Below, piece after piece: positions 39,849 to 48,989 of a stretch of DNA of 64,000 nucleotides. Both the position numbers and the translations under genes were made by a program. The notes beneath the pieces were generated by a model. The model did no database searches and was not told where the DNA came from. It saw nothing but the letters and a program-made list of their open reading frames with translations. How positions within the stretch are numbered: position 1 is the first letter of the stretch; every line of letters starts with the position of its first letter. This DNA is from Candidatus Latescibacterota bacterium (GTDB lineage Bacteria; Latescibacterota; UBA2968), in assembly GCA_965208125.1 (NCBI GenBank), contig OZ242320.1, forward strand, positions 4,288,001 to 4,352,000, given 5' to 3'.

Positions 39849-40871
39849 ATGCAAACATCTGAACAGACGAAGACCAACCTGAGGCATTACGATTCCCTTA
39901 CCCGAATAGGCCAGGCTCGGCGTCTGCGCGAACTCGCGAAGTCCGCACTGCGTCAATTCGACATTCACGTCCATCGCCTCGAACTCATCAAACACCTGGT
40001 CAACACGACATTTAGACTCCGATCAGATGAAGGAGAATTTCTGGTTCGCGTACACCGGGAAAAAAACCACACCGTTCGCCTGGTCGAATCAGAACTGGCG
40101 TGGCTCCTGGCGCTGTCCAAAGAAGCCGATGTTACAGTCCAGACACCCTATACCGACCCAGACGGCAGAATCGTTGTTTTGGCGGAAGCCGCCAGTGTGC
40201 CCAAAGCTTACCCTGTCACCGTGCTTTCATGGATCAAAGGACGTATCGTGCCTCAGGTGCGTCGGACAGCCAGGCATTACGAAAGCCTCGGACGCCTTGT
40301 TGCCACACTACACAAACACGCGATGCAGTGGGATCCACCTGACGATTTCGAACGCCCTGTCTATGATGCCATTCATCAACTGGGAGAGCTCTCAGTCCGA
40401 CCCTTGCCTGAGTTAGGGCCTCGATACCTACCCGCGCACGTCTTGAGAGATATGGAAGCCGTCTATGAACGGCGTCGAGAAGCTGAAAAGGTGTTGGGCA
40501 CTGGTTGCGATCATTTTGGCCTGATTCACTTCGATCTCAGCTTCAGCAACATCCTGTTCTATGGCGGGGAAGCACTACCGATCGATTTCGATGCGTGTGG
40601 CTTCGGTTTTTATGCCTACGATCTCGGTGTTGCTCTGACAGGTCCATTTGCGTACGAGAACTTTATGGCCCGATGTGAGGCTGTCTTCCGAGGCTATCGC
40701 CAGGTCCTGCCTCTCAGGCGCGAATGGATCGAGTACCTCCCGACCTTCATGGCATCTCGCACTGCTTCCTATATCTTACATGTCGCAGCGGATCCGAAGG
40801 CTGTAGAGTCACAGTGGCGCTCCCTCCTGCGTCCCCTTCTTAAGGCCACTCTTGACCAGTTTCCCTCCTGA
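39849..40871 (+). CDS. Phosphotransferase (APH / homoserine kinase type II-like)
   Basis: NTTFR, LVRVHR, SELAWL, GLIHFDL...NIL, IDFDACG...YAYDL. Confidence 0.87.
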   Translation: MQTSEQTKTNLRHYDSLTRIGQARRLRELAKSALRQFDIHVHRLELIKHLVNTTFRLRSDEGEFLVRVHREKNHTVRLVESELAWLLALSKEADVTVQTPYTDPDGRIVVLAEAASVPKAYPVTVLSWIKGRIVPQVRRTARHYESLGRLVATLHKHAMQWDPPDDFERPVYDAIHQLGELSVRPLPELGPRYLPAHVLRDMEAVYERRREAEKVLGTGCDHFGLIHFDLSFSNILFYGGEALPIDFDACGFGFYAYDLGVALTGPFAYENFMARCEAVFRGYRQVLPLRREWIEYLPTFMASRTASYILHVAADPKAVESQWRSLLRPLLKATLDQFPS

Positions 40872-40927
40872 TGTCCTTACATCATTAAGTATCTCCGTTC
40901 TTTGGAGAGCGTGGATTCATCTCTACC

Positions 40928-43015
40928 TTAAAATCGACCAAAATCTGGGAAACTGGCTTCAAAAAGATACGCGAGCTTTGTAAACACAGCGCGCCCACCT
41001 GGCAGTCTGTCAACAAATACAAAGTAGAAGTGGCTTTCTGGGGTGAACTCGTAGTCGAAGATTGCGTTGAAATTGTAGCTGATCTCATCTTGCAACCGTT
41101 CATCTACGCGTTCAAAAAAAATGCGCCAACCGATCTTTTGGGTCAATTGATAGTTACTGCGGAGCCGGAAAATTAGCGTATTTCGATGTGTACGCCAAAA
41201 GAAATTATCCAGGTCGAGATCAGCGGTCAGCTTGCCAAAGAGGTTGACACCCGCAGAGAAGCTGGTAAATCGGTTGAATTCATCTCGACGGGTGCCGAAG
41301 CGATTTGAAACCTCCAGGTGCCACCACGGTGCCTGGTAATCAATCACTGAGCCGATAAACCTGGTATCGAAAAGTTGACCGACTTCGCGAAGGGCGCCAA
41401 ACCCACCATAGGTAAAGAAATCAAATCGGCCAATATCAATATCAAAACGGAACTCACTCCGTCGTTCCCGTAGCAATTTTTGTGCATTGGTTTGATAAAA
41501 ATGGCGCATATCAGCACCCAATGACTGCACGAGATTCGCCTCTGGAAACTCGTGTCTGTACCTCACGCGAGCACGGCCCCGACGGAATGCCTCATCTTCA
41601 AGCCCCATCTCATTTGGACGAAAACCGTCCTGAATTTCTTCAAGCGAGATTTCGGTCAGCCAACCTTCATGAAGCCATTCCATCTCAGTGTGATACGCCC
41701 AATGCGTTTCGCCATCGATGAAATCGACAGCATACTGCGACGTTACAGTCCAGTCTCGATGAAGTCCAAATCGACCATTGAGCGATAGGAGTGCCACATC
41801 TCGATCTGCCTGATGTTTATGGATTCCCATTGCGCCGATGACAGTGCGCTCGCCGATGTCGTAATTAACCCGCCCGGCCAAAAGATTTGCCTGCTTTTTT
41901 TTATCCGCATCATACCGATCGATCATTTTGCCGTAAGTGTTGATGACCGCGAAATTAGAACCGCCAATTTTACCTGCTGCTTTTACACCAAAATCGATTT
42001 CTTGAACGCGGCGGGTATAGAATAAATTGAGCGGCAGCCTGAACAGTTCAGCACCTTCCCGGAAGAATGGACGGCGTTCTGGGAGAGACAACTCCCGGTC
42101 ACTTGATATGTTAATTTGCGTCGGGTCACTTTCCAATTGTGAAAAATCGGGATTGAAAGTCACATTCGAGGTGAGGTGCGTCGAAATCGGGAGAATCAGG
42201 TCTAAACCACCATCGTGGTCATTGGAACGATTTTCTATTGCGCGATAGGTCCCGTAGGGGAGAATACCGATCTTCTGCTCTGTTTTGATCTTTCCGAAAT
42301 TCAATCCGGTCAAATCGCCAAACTCCGATACGCGCCCGAAAAAATCGGTGCGTGCCCACGAATAGGATTGACCATTTATCGGATGTGTCCGCCAAAAGTT
42401 GATTCCCCAGGTCGTATTGTGCCGATTAAAACGGAGCACGCGAAACGGAATCGCAAATTCTGCGGTCCAGTGATTTCGGTGTTTTTTTATTTTCGATTTC
42501 CATTTTGCATCCCAACTCAGGTCGAAAACACTCTCATTACTGACCCGCTCGTCCATCTGTGTGCCGAGTGTATTGATTCCAAAAACGTAGCAGTTGCGAC
42601 GGTCGCGATAGGTATCAAGCATCACTTCTATACAGTCATTCTGCCAGATGGCGGAATCCCGGCGAATTTTCGTTTCACGCAAACTCTTCATGTCCGGCTC
42701 ATCGCAATGTACGCCGATATAGAGCATATGCTCATCGTACAAAATCCTGACTTCCGTGTTCAATTGCGCCGGATGGATGCTTCCCTCCTTTGCGCGAAAG
42801 AAATTGGTTGCAATTTGGGCGCGTTGCCAGACACCGTCTGTAAGCTCGCCATCAATAATGGGGGGATTATCCGTCCATGTGGCACTGATAGTACGCGTCG
42901 AGCTTTGCGTTTCAGCGAAAAGCGGTAGTGTCAGCAGCACAATTGGCACCCAAATTATCGCGCCTGACCACCGCACCTGTTTGGCTTTCTCCACCTTTTT
43001 TGCCTCCTGGGGCAT
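40928..43015 (-). CDS. CBM9-like + DUF5916 outer-membrane protein
   Basis: PPIIDGELTDGVW, LYIGV, NDCIEVMLD, WTAEFAIPF, WGINF, NPDFSQLESD, PERRPFFREG, FYTRR. Confidence 0.8.
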   Translation of the reverse strand: MPQEAKKVEKAKQVRWSGAIIWVPIVLLTLPLFAETQSSTRTISATWTDNPPIIDGELTDGVWQRAQIATNFFRAKEGSIHPAQLNTEVRILYDEHMLYIGVHCDEPDMKSLRETKIRRDSAIWQNDCIEVMLDTYRDRRNCYVFGINTLGTQMDERVSNESVFDLSWDAKWKSKIKKHRNHWTAEFAIPFRVLRFNRHNTTWGINFWRTHPINGQSYSWARTDFFGRVSEFGDLTGLNFGKIKTEQKIGILPYGTYRAIENRSNDHDGGLDLILPISTHLTSNVTFNPDFSQLESDPTQINISSDRELSLPERRPFFREGAELFRLPLNLFYTRRVQEIDFGVKAAGKIGGSNFAVINTYGKMIDRYDADKKKQANLLAGRVNYDIGERTVIGAMGIHKHQADRDVALLSLNGRFGLHRDWTVTSQYAVDFIDGETHWAYHTEMEWLHEGWLTEISLEEIQDGFRPNEMGLEDEAFRRGRARVRYRHEFPEANLVQSLGADMRHFYQTNAQKLLRERRSEFRFDIDIGRFDFFTYGGFGALREVGQLFDTRFIGSVIDYQAPWWHLEVSNRFGTRRDEFNRFTSFSAGVNLFGKLTADLDLDNFFWRTHRNTLIFRLRSNYQLTQKIGWRIFFERVDERLQDEISYNFNAIFDYEFTPESHFYFVFVDRLPGGRAVFTKLAYLFEASFPDFGRF

Positions 43016-43201
43016 TACAAGTCATTAGGGTGAGGAAGATAAGGGTCATGTGGTTTAGACAAATGAAATAGGGTTTAGGTTTTCCGACCGGGCTATTGAA
43101 GAAAAGTTAGCAATTGAGGATATTGCTTTTTGTACGCGATTTAGCGGGGTGGGAGTTGTTTTTGTCATCAGTGAAAAAATAGAGGGACAGCCATCACACC
43201 C

Positions 43202-43280
43202 TTCTATTTTTTGTCTTTCACTTCTGCTTGCTGGACAGTCGCTTATATTTAAGAAATTTCTCTTGAACCAACCCTTTTGC
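43202..43280 (-). pseudogene. trpD: Diverged 3'-end copy of trpD plus downstream spacer
   Basis: AKGLVQEKFLKYKRLSSKQK* versus AKGLVQEKFLEYKRLSKRQE* (about 32919-32999); 6 mismatches over about 70 nt, similarity continues about 17 nt past the stop. Confidence 0.92.
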
Positions 43281-43334
43281 AATGAACGTGAATTTCTTGT
43301 TGTGTGTTCCCCCCACTTCACCAACAGAACGCGG

Positions 43335-43781
43335 CTAAGGTCTCGGCCAGGCCAAGTCAACTGCGAATGCCCCCAGCGGAGTGAGGGGCAAGGACCGGGC
43401 TTGATTCTTGGTACACCACGCGCAGCGATCAGTCGAGCCGTCTTGTTCGAATCTGAGATTGAGCGAACCAACAGTCACATTATAGATGATGCCGACATGG
43501 TGTACCGAGTTGTCTGGACGCTCCACACTTTTGGTGTACGTATGTGAATATACCTCGGCGACTCTAAGGGACTCAACATCCACGATGCCCGTCTCCTCTT
43601 CCAACTCGCGAAGCACCGTAGCATCCGGATGCTCCCCCCACTCAATACCACCACCTGGAATCGTCCATTTTCCTTCGTCCGGTCCGCTCGCCATGCGAAC
43701 CAGGAGAAGTCGATTTGACGGATCACGGCAGAACCCATAGGCACCCAGGTACACGCGCGGAGTATCGGAGGCTGAAGACAT
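43335..43781 (-). CDS. NUDIX hydrolase
   Basis: WTIPGGGIEWGEHPDATVLRELEEETG. Confidence 0.92.
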   Translation of the reverse strand: MSSASDTPRVYLGAYGFCRDPSNRLLLVRMASGPDEGKWTIPGGGIEWGEHPDATVLRELEEETGIVDVESLRVAEVYSHTYTKSVERPDNSVHHVGIIYNVTVGSLNLRFEQDGSTDRCAWCTKNQARSLPLTPLGAFAVDLAWPRP

Positions 43782-43834
43782 TCTGTTTCCCTTTCTTGAT
43801 CAGTTTAGCCACTTTCAGCTCGTTTTTCCAGGTC

Positions 43835-43857
43835 GCCTAACTACGAGATTAACGAAC
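43835..43857 (-). other. attC-like right half-site
   Basis: Minus strand TTCGTTAATCTCGTA-GTTAGGC (exact GTTRRRY) upstream of the NUDIX RBS; no left arm. Confidence 0.5.
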
Positions 43858-43873
43858 AGTTTCAGCAAGTCGT

Positions 43874-44866
43874 TTACGTCGCTAAGATATTGTCGATTGT
43901 CTGGAGTTCGTCTTCGGTGAAATTCAGGTTGTCGAGGACACCGATGCTGTCCTTGATTTGTTCGGGTCGGCTGGCTCCGCAAAGCGCGGTCGTGACCGCC
44001 TCTTGACGGAGGACCCAGGCGATGGCCATCTGGGCAAGGGTCTGGCCTCGGGCGCAGGCGTGGTTGTTGAGCTTGCTTATTTTGTCGAGGAATTTTTTGT
44101 TGAGGCGATTTTTGAGCGGGTGACCCGGGCGAGCGGCGCGGGAGTCTGCGGGGATGCCGTCCAGGTATTTGTCGGTGAGCATGCCGCTGTTGAGGATGGA
44201 GAAGGCGATGCAGCCGATGCCTTCCTCCTGCAGGACGTCGAAGAGGCCATTGTTTTCGGGTTGTCGGGTAAGCAGATTGTATTTGGGCTGATGGATCAGG
44301 CAGGGCGTACCCAGGTCGCGCAGGATTTGCGCTGCCTCTTTGGTTCTGTCGGGCGGATAATTGGAGATGCCAACATAGAGGGCGCGACCCGAACGGACGG
44401 TGAAATCGAGGGCACCCATGGTTTCTGCAAGCGGCGTGTCGGGATCGGGGCGATGGTGGTAGAAGATATCGACATAATCTACCCCCAGGCGTTTGAGGCT
44501 TTGATCAAGGCTGGCAACGAGGTATTTCCGCGAGCCAAAATTGCCATAGGGTCCGGGCCACATATCAAATCCGGCCTTGGTGGAGATGATCAGTTCGTCC
44601 CGGTAGGGCGTCAGGTCGAGCTGGAGGATGCGGCCGAAGGTCTCTTCGGCAGAGCCATAGGGCGGTCCATAGTTGTTGGCCAAATCCAGATGCGTGATGC
44701 CGTGGTCAAAGGCGGTACGCACGATAGCACGCCCGGTTTCAAACACATCGACGCCGCCAAAATTATGCCACAGGCCGAGAGAGAGTAGGGGGAGTTGAAT
44801 ACCGCTGTTGCCGCACCGCCTATATGTCATGCTGTCGTAACGCGATTGGGACGGGAAGTCGGACAT
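43874..44866 (-). CDS. gpr: Aldo/keto reductase, L-glyceraldehyde 3-phosphate reductase type (YghZ/Gpr/MgrA)
   Basis: RYDSMTYRRCGNSGIQLP.LSLGLWHNFG, DLANNYGPPYGSAE, STKAG.DMWPGPYG, DIFYHHRPD. Confidence 0.92.
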   Translation of the reverse strand: MSDFPSQSRYDSMTYRRCGNSGIQLPLLSLGLWHNFGGVDVFETGRAIVRTAFDHGITHLDLANNYGPPYGSAEETFGRILQLDLTPYRDELIISTKAGFDMWPGPYGNFGSRKYLVASLDQSLKRLGVDYVDIFYHHRPDPDTPLAETMGALDFTVRSGRALYVGISNYPPDRTKEAAQILRDLGTPCLIHQPKYNLLTRQPENNGLFDVLQEEGIGCIAFSILNSGMLTDKYLDGIPADSRAARPGHPLKNRLNKKFLDKISKLNNHACARGQTLAQMAIAWVLRQEAVTTALCGASRPEQIKDSIGVLDNLNFTEDELQTIDNILAT

Positions 44867-44879
44867 GAAGGCTCCTTTG

Positions 44880-45629
44880 TTATATATCGAGTATCTTGAA
44901 ATGTCTGTAGAAGTGCTGAATGTCGCATTCAGGCTGCAGAACCTCGTAGGTAAAGCAACGTTCGCATTCTTCAGATGAGTCGGCTATGGCGATTGCGGCT
45001 TGGAACCGGGTAATCGCCTCAATATCCGGGCGGAACCCGCCGCGCAGAAATTGACCCCACAGTGCCCAGAACGCAAGCTCATATCCAACAGGCTTGGCCG
45101 AAGCGAGGTACTCCGGTGGAAACAGACGGCGATAGGCATCGATGTTGTAGAGCCACGAGCCTCCGCGCACAGTCTCTGCCTCCGGATGCTTCTCCCTTAC
45201 GTCTCGAAGAAGACCGGTTAGCTCACGACGTCTGACACCGACACGTTCAAGGCTCAGAGCGCCCTTCCCAGAAGTGTCGGCGTTACGAAAGTGAAGACGG
45301 ACTTTGGGTTCATTCCGGAAAGGGTAGCTGTACCAGAAGCACCCAAAGCCGTCCAGGACATTGATTGGCGGTTCATCTTTCTCGCGGTCGAGATAGTGGT
45401 CATAGGCCCAGCGATCCGGCTCCCTCGTATTTCGTAGTCCACTCAGAAAGCTCTGCCAGGCCTCACTTTCTTGCGCGGTCTCCTTCGTGACTCGAATGTT
45501 CAAAAGTGTCCGGAGCATTGTGCAGTCGATCAGGGTGTCTTCCAGGGGGCTGTGAGACAATTCGGACATACGTCTGGCAAAGGCCAGCTGGACCGAGATG
45601 AATTCATATGGTAGGTCGAGTTTGGGCAT
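44880..45629 (-). CDS. Conserved hypothetical protein (GSWL/WGQF family, homolog of 11930-12748)
   Basis: VRLHFRN...GALS, LLRD...PE...VRGGSWLYN...RRLFP...ALWGQF. Confidence 0.75.
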   Translation of the reverse strand: MPKLDLPYEFISVQLAFARRMSELSHSPLEDTLIDCTMLRTLLNIRVTKETAQESEAWQSFLSGLRNTREPDRWAYDHYLDREKDEPPINVLDGFGCFWYSYPFRNEPKVRLHFRNADTSGKGALSLERVGVRRRELTGLLRDVREKHPEAETVRGGSWLYNIDAYRRLFPPEYLASAKPVGYELAFWALWGQFLRGGFRPDIEAITRFQAAIAIADSSEECERCFTYEVLQPECDIQHFYRHFKILDI

Positions 45630-45659
45630 TTACTATGTACCTGAAATTACCGGCATGGC

Positions 45660-45747
45660 ACTTAACGTTCTCGGCACCCACGAACCTGGCATAGCCAGGT
45701 TGAGCGAAAGCCCGAATGGTTTGAGGCTGTGGGTGCGAGTGTTAGCG
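45660..45747 (-). other. Complete attC-like recombination site
   Basis: Minus strand CGCTAAC-ACTCG-CACCCAC...GTGGGTG-CCGAGAAC-GTTAAGT; paired arms, internal hairpin AACCTGGC/GCCAGGTT; lies between the stop at 45794 and the start at 45629. Confidence 0.7.
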
Positions 45748-45793
45748 GAAATCGCCTTTGATCCACAGTCTGTTCAACACTTGGGACCTGCCC

Positions 45794-46684
45794 TCACCGC
45801 ACCTGCCCCATAGGCCATTCCGAGGTCGGCCTACCTTGCCACGTTGATCGCCTGAAGAATCGCCCGCCTGGGGGGCGGCTAAACCAGCTACTAATTGCGA
45901 TTCCCCAAAAGTGCTCAAAGGATCTGTCTTTTAGATTCGCGTCACAGTATGCGTAGTGCGACAGGACCTCGTCGAGGAATGGCTCTCCGTATATCCAGAA
46001 CCCATAGAAATCCTTAGCGGGATCTGTGATTTCGACGTCTCCCCAGTCTATGATCCCAGTAAGTCTTCCGGTCAAGGGGTCATGATAGATATGTTTGTAC
46101 CAGAGGTCGTTGTGAGCCAGCACAGACTCGTATGAATGATCGATGCTTTCACTTCTTTCGATCCATGCTTCGAAAACATTGCGGACCTCACATTGAAGCT
46201 CGTCAGCCCGTTCAACGAATAACGCCTTCCACATCCTGCGACGCCTAACCGATGTGTCGCCCTCTTCTACGCCGAGGCTCCGTGCCTTCGCGACCGGGTA
46301 GCTGTGGAGTTCGCTGATGAAAACACCCAGCCTCTGAGCGGCCTCACTGCGGTTCGCCTTGGAAAGTCTCCAAAACCGCCACGGCGAGAGTCGAGTCCCC
46401 GAAATTGTGTGGTATCCCGCAAAATCTGACGCCTTCGGCACGAATGCATAGTCGGGAATGGGTATTGCCTTCAGGTTGCTTCTAAGGGCATCCAGGACGA
46501 TCCGCTCCCTCGTCAGATTTGTATCCACATCGTTCTCGAACCGGAAAGCGATGCCATTGTCCAACAGAATCATTACATGATCGGGATCGGCAATGGTCTG
46601 AACTCTTCGGTAATTTGCCCACATGAGATCTGGAAAGGCGTTTCTGATTCTCTCCAGGTAGTAGCTGGAAGCCAATGGGGGCAT
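45794..46684 (-). CDS. Aminoglycoside phosphotransferase-like kinase
   Basis: IPIP, LAHNDLWYKHI, TGIIDWGDVEITDPAKDF. Confidence 0.82.
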   Translation of the reverse strand: MPPLASSYYLERIRNAFPDLMWANYRRVQTIADPDHVMILLDNGIAFRFENDVDTNLTRERIVLDALRSNLKAIPIPDYAFVPKASDFAGYHTISGTRLSPWRFWRLSKANRSEAAQRLGVFISELHSYPVAKARSLGVEEGDTSVRRRRMWKALFVERADELQCEVRNVFEAWIERSESIDHSYESVLAHNDLWYKHIYHDPLTGRLTGIIDWGDVEITDPAKDFYGFWIYGEPFLDEVLSHYAYCDANLKDRSFEHFWGIAISSWFSRPPGGRFFRRSTWQGRPTSEWPMGQVR

Positions 46685-46702
46685 AGGGACCTGCGAAAAA
46701 AT

Positions 46703-46735
46703 AACATAGAGGGGAAACCTACACCCCTCTATGTT
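46703..46735. terminator. Strong hairpin, probable bidirectional terminator
   Basis: AACATAGAGGGG-9nt-CCCCTCTATGTT perfect 12-bp stem with T-rich tails on both strands. Confidence 0.8.
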
Positions 46736-46790
46736 TCTGTTTTAATTTCTGGACGTCACTGTTCTCAGACGTTGTCCTTCAAGGAACGAG

Positions 46791-47100
46791 TTACCCATCT
46801 CTATCCAGGTGCGGTCGCACCTCTCGCTCCAGGCGGTCCGATAGCTCGTCCTCCGCTACATCCAGGGCATAGTCCATCTTGAATGCCCATCCAGAATTTG
46901 GGTGACATGTTGAAGTAGCGAGCGAGTCTCAGGGCTGTATCAGCAGTAATGCCTCGTTTTCCCAACACAATCTCGTTTATACGTCGGGGCGCCACCCCGA
47001 TGGAAAGCGCGAGGTGGTTTTGACTCAGATTCATCGGCTTGAGGAACTCTTCCAGCAACACTTCCCCGGGATGAATAGAAGCCAATTTCTGAGCACACAC
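46791..47100 (-). pseudogene. higA: HigA-family antitoxin, frameshifted, no toxin gene
   Basis: [50 protein letters not shown]; the native tail [20 protein letters not shown] is in another frame after GIQ (~46878). Confidence 0.85.
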
Positions 47101-47126
47101 AGGTCTGTCTCCTTAGAATCGTTTGC

Positions 47127-47576
47127 TCACTCCTCATCGAGTAAGGCCAGATGAAAGCCATGCCAGTCGTCGAGATCGTTGAGGTCGGTCCCGAGCCACT
47201 CTTTGTCAGACTGAGGCAACCCAAGAATCTCAAGCATTTCGCTTCGACCAGGCTCTGGCTTGGGGAACGAGAGGATGCGTTCGTTGAATTGGTCAATCGC
47301 CTCCTGCGTCAGGCTTTCCGGTTTCGCATTTTCCTTCACCCAGGTCTCGAACGTCAGATAGCCCGGCTGCGACGCGCTTACGAACGCGACAGCGGCGGTC
47401 GAATCAATTCCCAGAGCTTCGAGCAGCAGACCATCGAACCCGCCTTCGCCCGCTCTGTATTCATCTGCCAACTTGCCCTTTGCCGACAGACGCATTTTCA
47501 GCCATAGCCTCGGAAGGTGAACTAATCCCAACGGGCCCTTCGTCCGGGTGCTGATGAGTGGAATATATGTCTTCAT
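47127..47576 (-). CDS. DUF5069 family protein
   Basis: PLIS...GPLGLVHLPRLWLK...GKL..EY...GFD...L.ALGID, LNDLDDW. Confidence 0.75.
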   Translation of the reverse strand: MKTYIPLISTRTKGPLGLVHLPRLWLKMRLSAKGKLADEYRAGEGGFDGLLLEALGIDSTAAVAFVSASQPGYLTFETWVKENAKPESLTQEAIDQFNERILSFPKPEPGRSEMLEILGLPQSDKEWLGTDLNDLDDWHGFHLALLDEE

Positions 47577-47630
47577 CTCGATAATCTCCTCATTAGTGAT
47601 CATTGTGGCCGACAGCCTTTTTGCACAAAA

Positions 47631-48944
47631 TCAGGCATCAAAATAACTGAGTCGATCGCCTTCAGCTTCCCAGAGTTCTTCAAACATTTTTCGGATGTCG
47701 GGTAAAGATACGACGGATGCAGTAAGTGGGTCCAATGCACAAGCATGGAATGCCGCCTCTTTATCTTTTTCCATTGCAGCTTTGACGGAGAGTTCTTGTA
47801 CGGCGATGTTGGTCATGTTTAATGCGGCGCACTGAGGAGGAAGTTTACCAACGTAACAGGGATGAATGCCTTCTCTATCGACCATGCAGGGTACTTCAAC
47901 ACAGCATTCGTCGGGAAGATTGGTGATAGATCCGTTGTTCATGACGTTGCCGTTGAAGACAAATGGGACACCTGTGATTTTTGCTTCTATGATTGAAGAA
48001 GCGTATTCGTGGGATGCTTGCAGTTTTGGGACTTCGGCTTCGGTATCGTCGTCTGTGATGCCTGTGTCTTTCATCCAGGAACGTTTGCGGCTTTCGGGCA
48101 ATTCCATATAGACGGGATCGCGTTCTGGCAGGTTGTAGATGTCCCGCAATTCCTGAGTGCGCTGGAAGTAGGGGAGGTATTCTGAATTGTGTCGGGTGCT
48201 TTCGGTGACAAAATAGCCAAATTGCTTCATCATCTCGACCCGCACCAGGTCGTCTTTGAAGCTGGGATGGGTGTCAACGGCTTTGAAGATGCGAGGGTAC
48301 AGGTCTTCGCCGTCTTTGTTGAATTTTAGAATCCAGGCCTGGTGGTTAATCCCTGCAACGAGGTAACTCACATCTTCGTAGGGAACGTCAATGCCATTTG
48401 CCAGTTTTTTTGTTGTGCCCTGTACGCTGTGGCAGAGGCCGACGTTTTGGATGGATGAACCGATAGAATGCATCCAGGTGAGCATGGCCATGGGGTTGGT
48501 ATAATTTAACATGAGTGCATCGGGGCAGTGTTTTTCCATGCTTTTGCAAAATGATAGGTGCTCGTGTGCGGTGCGAAGATAACGGAACACACCTCCTACG
48601 CCTACTGTGTCGGCGACAGTTTGGTTAATGCCGTACTTTTTGGGGATGTTGATTTCAGATGCGTAAGGTTCGCCCCAGTAGGCTGCGCCTCCAATGGATA
48701 CGGCAGTGACGACAAAATCTGCGCCGGGCAATAATTCTTCGCGATCCGTGCTGGCGATGCATTTGCCAGGGAGTCCATGGCCATCAATGGCGCGGTTCAC
48801 GTAATCGTGCACCTGAGTCAATCGCTCTTCGTTGATATCACAGAGTGCGATTGTGGAATCGTTTAATAATTCACGAGATAAAATATCGATGGACAATCGG
48901 CTTCCGAATCCACTGCCAGCACCAATGATTACAATTTTTGCCAT
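47631..48944 (-). CDS. melA: GH4 NAD+-dependent alpha-galactosidase
   Basis: KIVIIGAGS, DTVGVGG.FR.LRT, NYTNPM, GLCHSVQ, AGINH, TES..H.SEY.PYF. Confidence 0.9.
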   Translation of the reverse strand: MAKIVIIGAGSGFGSRLSIDILSRELLNDSTIALCDINEERLTQVHDYVNRAIDGHGLPGKCIASTDREELLPGADFVVTAVSIGGAAYWGEPYASEINIPKKYGINQTVADTVGVGGVFRYLRTAHEHLSFCKSMEKHCPDALMLNYTNPMAMLTWMHSIGSSIQNVGLCHSVQGTTKKLANGIDVPYEDVSYLVAGINHQAWILKFNKDGEDLYPRIFKAVDTHPSFKDDLVRVEMMKQFGYFVTESTRHNSEYLPYFQRTQELRDIYNLPERDPVYMELPESRKRSWMKDTGITDDDTEAEVPKLQASHEYASSIIEAKITGVPFVFNGNVMNNGSITNLPDECCVEVPCMVDREGIHPCYVGKLPPQCAALNMTNIAVQELSVKAAMEKDKEAAFHACALDPLTASVVSLPDIRKMFEELWEAEGDRLSYFDA

Positions 48945-48989
48945 TAAAACCTCCAGTATTAAAAAGTAATGAACTCAGCGAGTGAGGAA

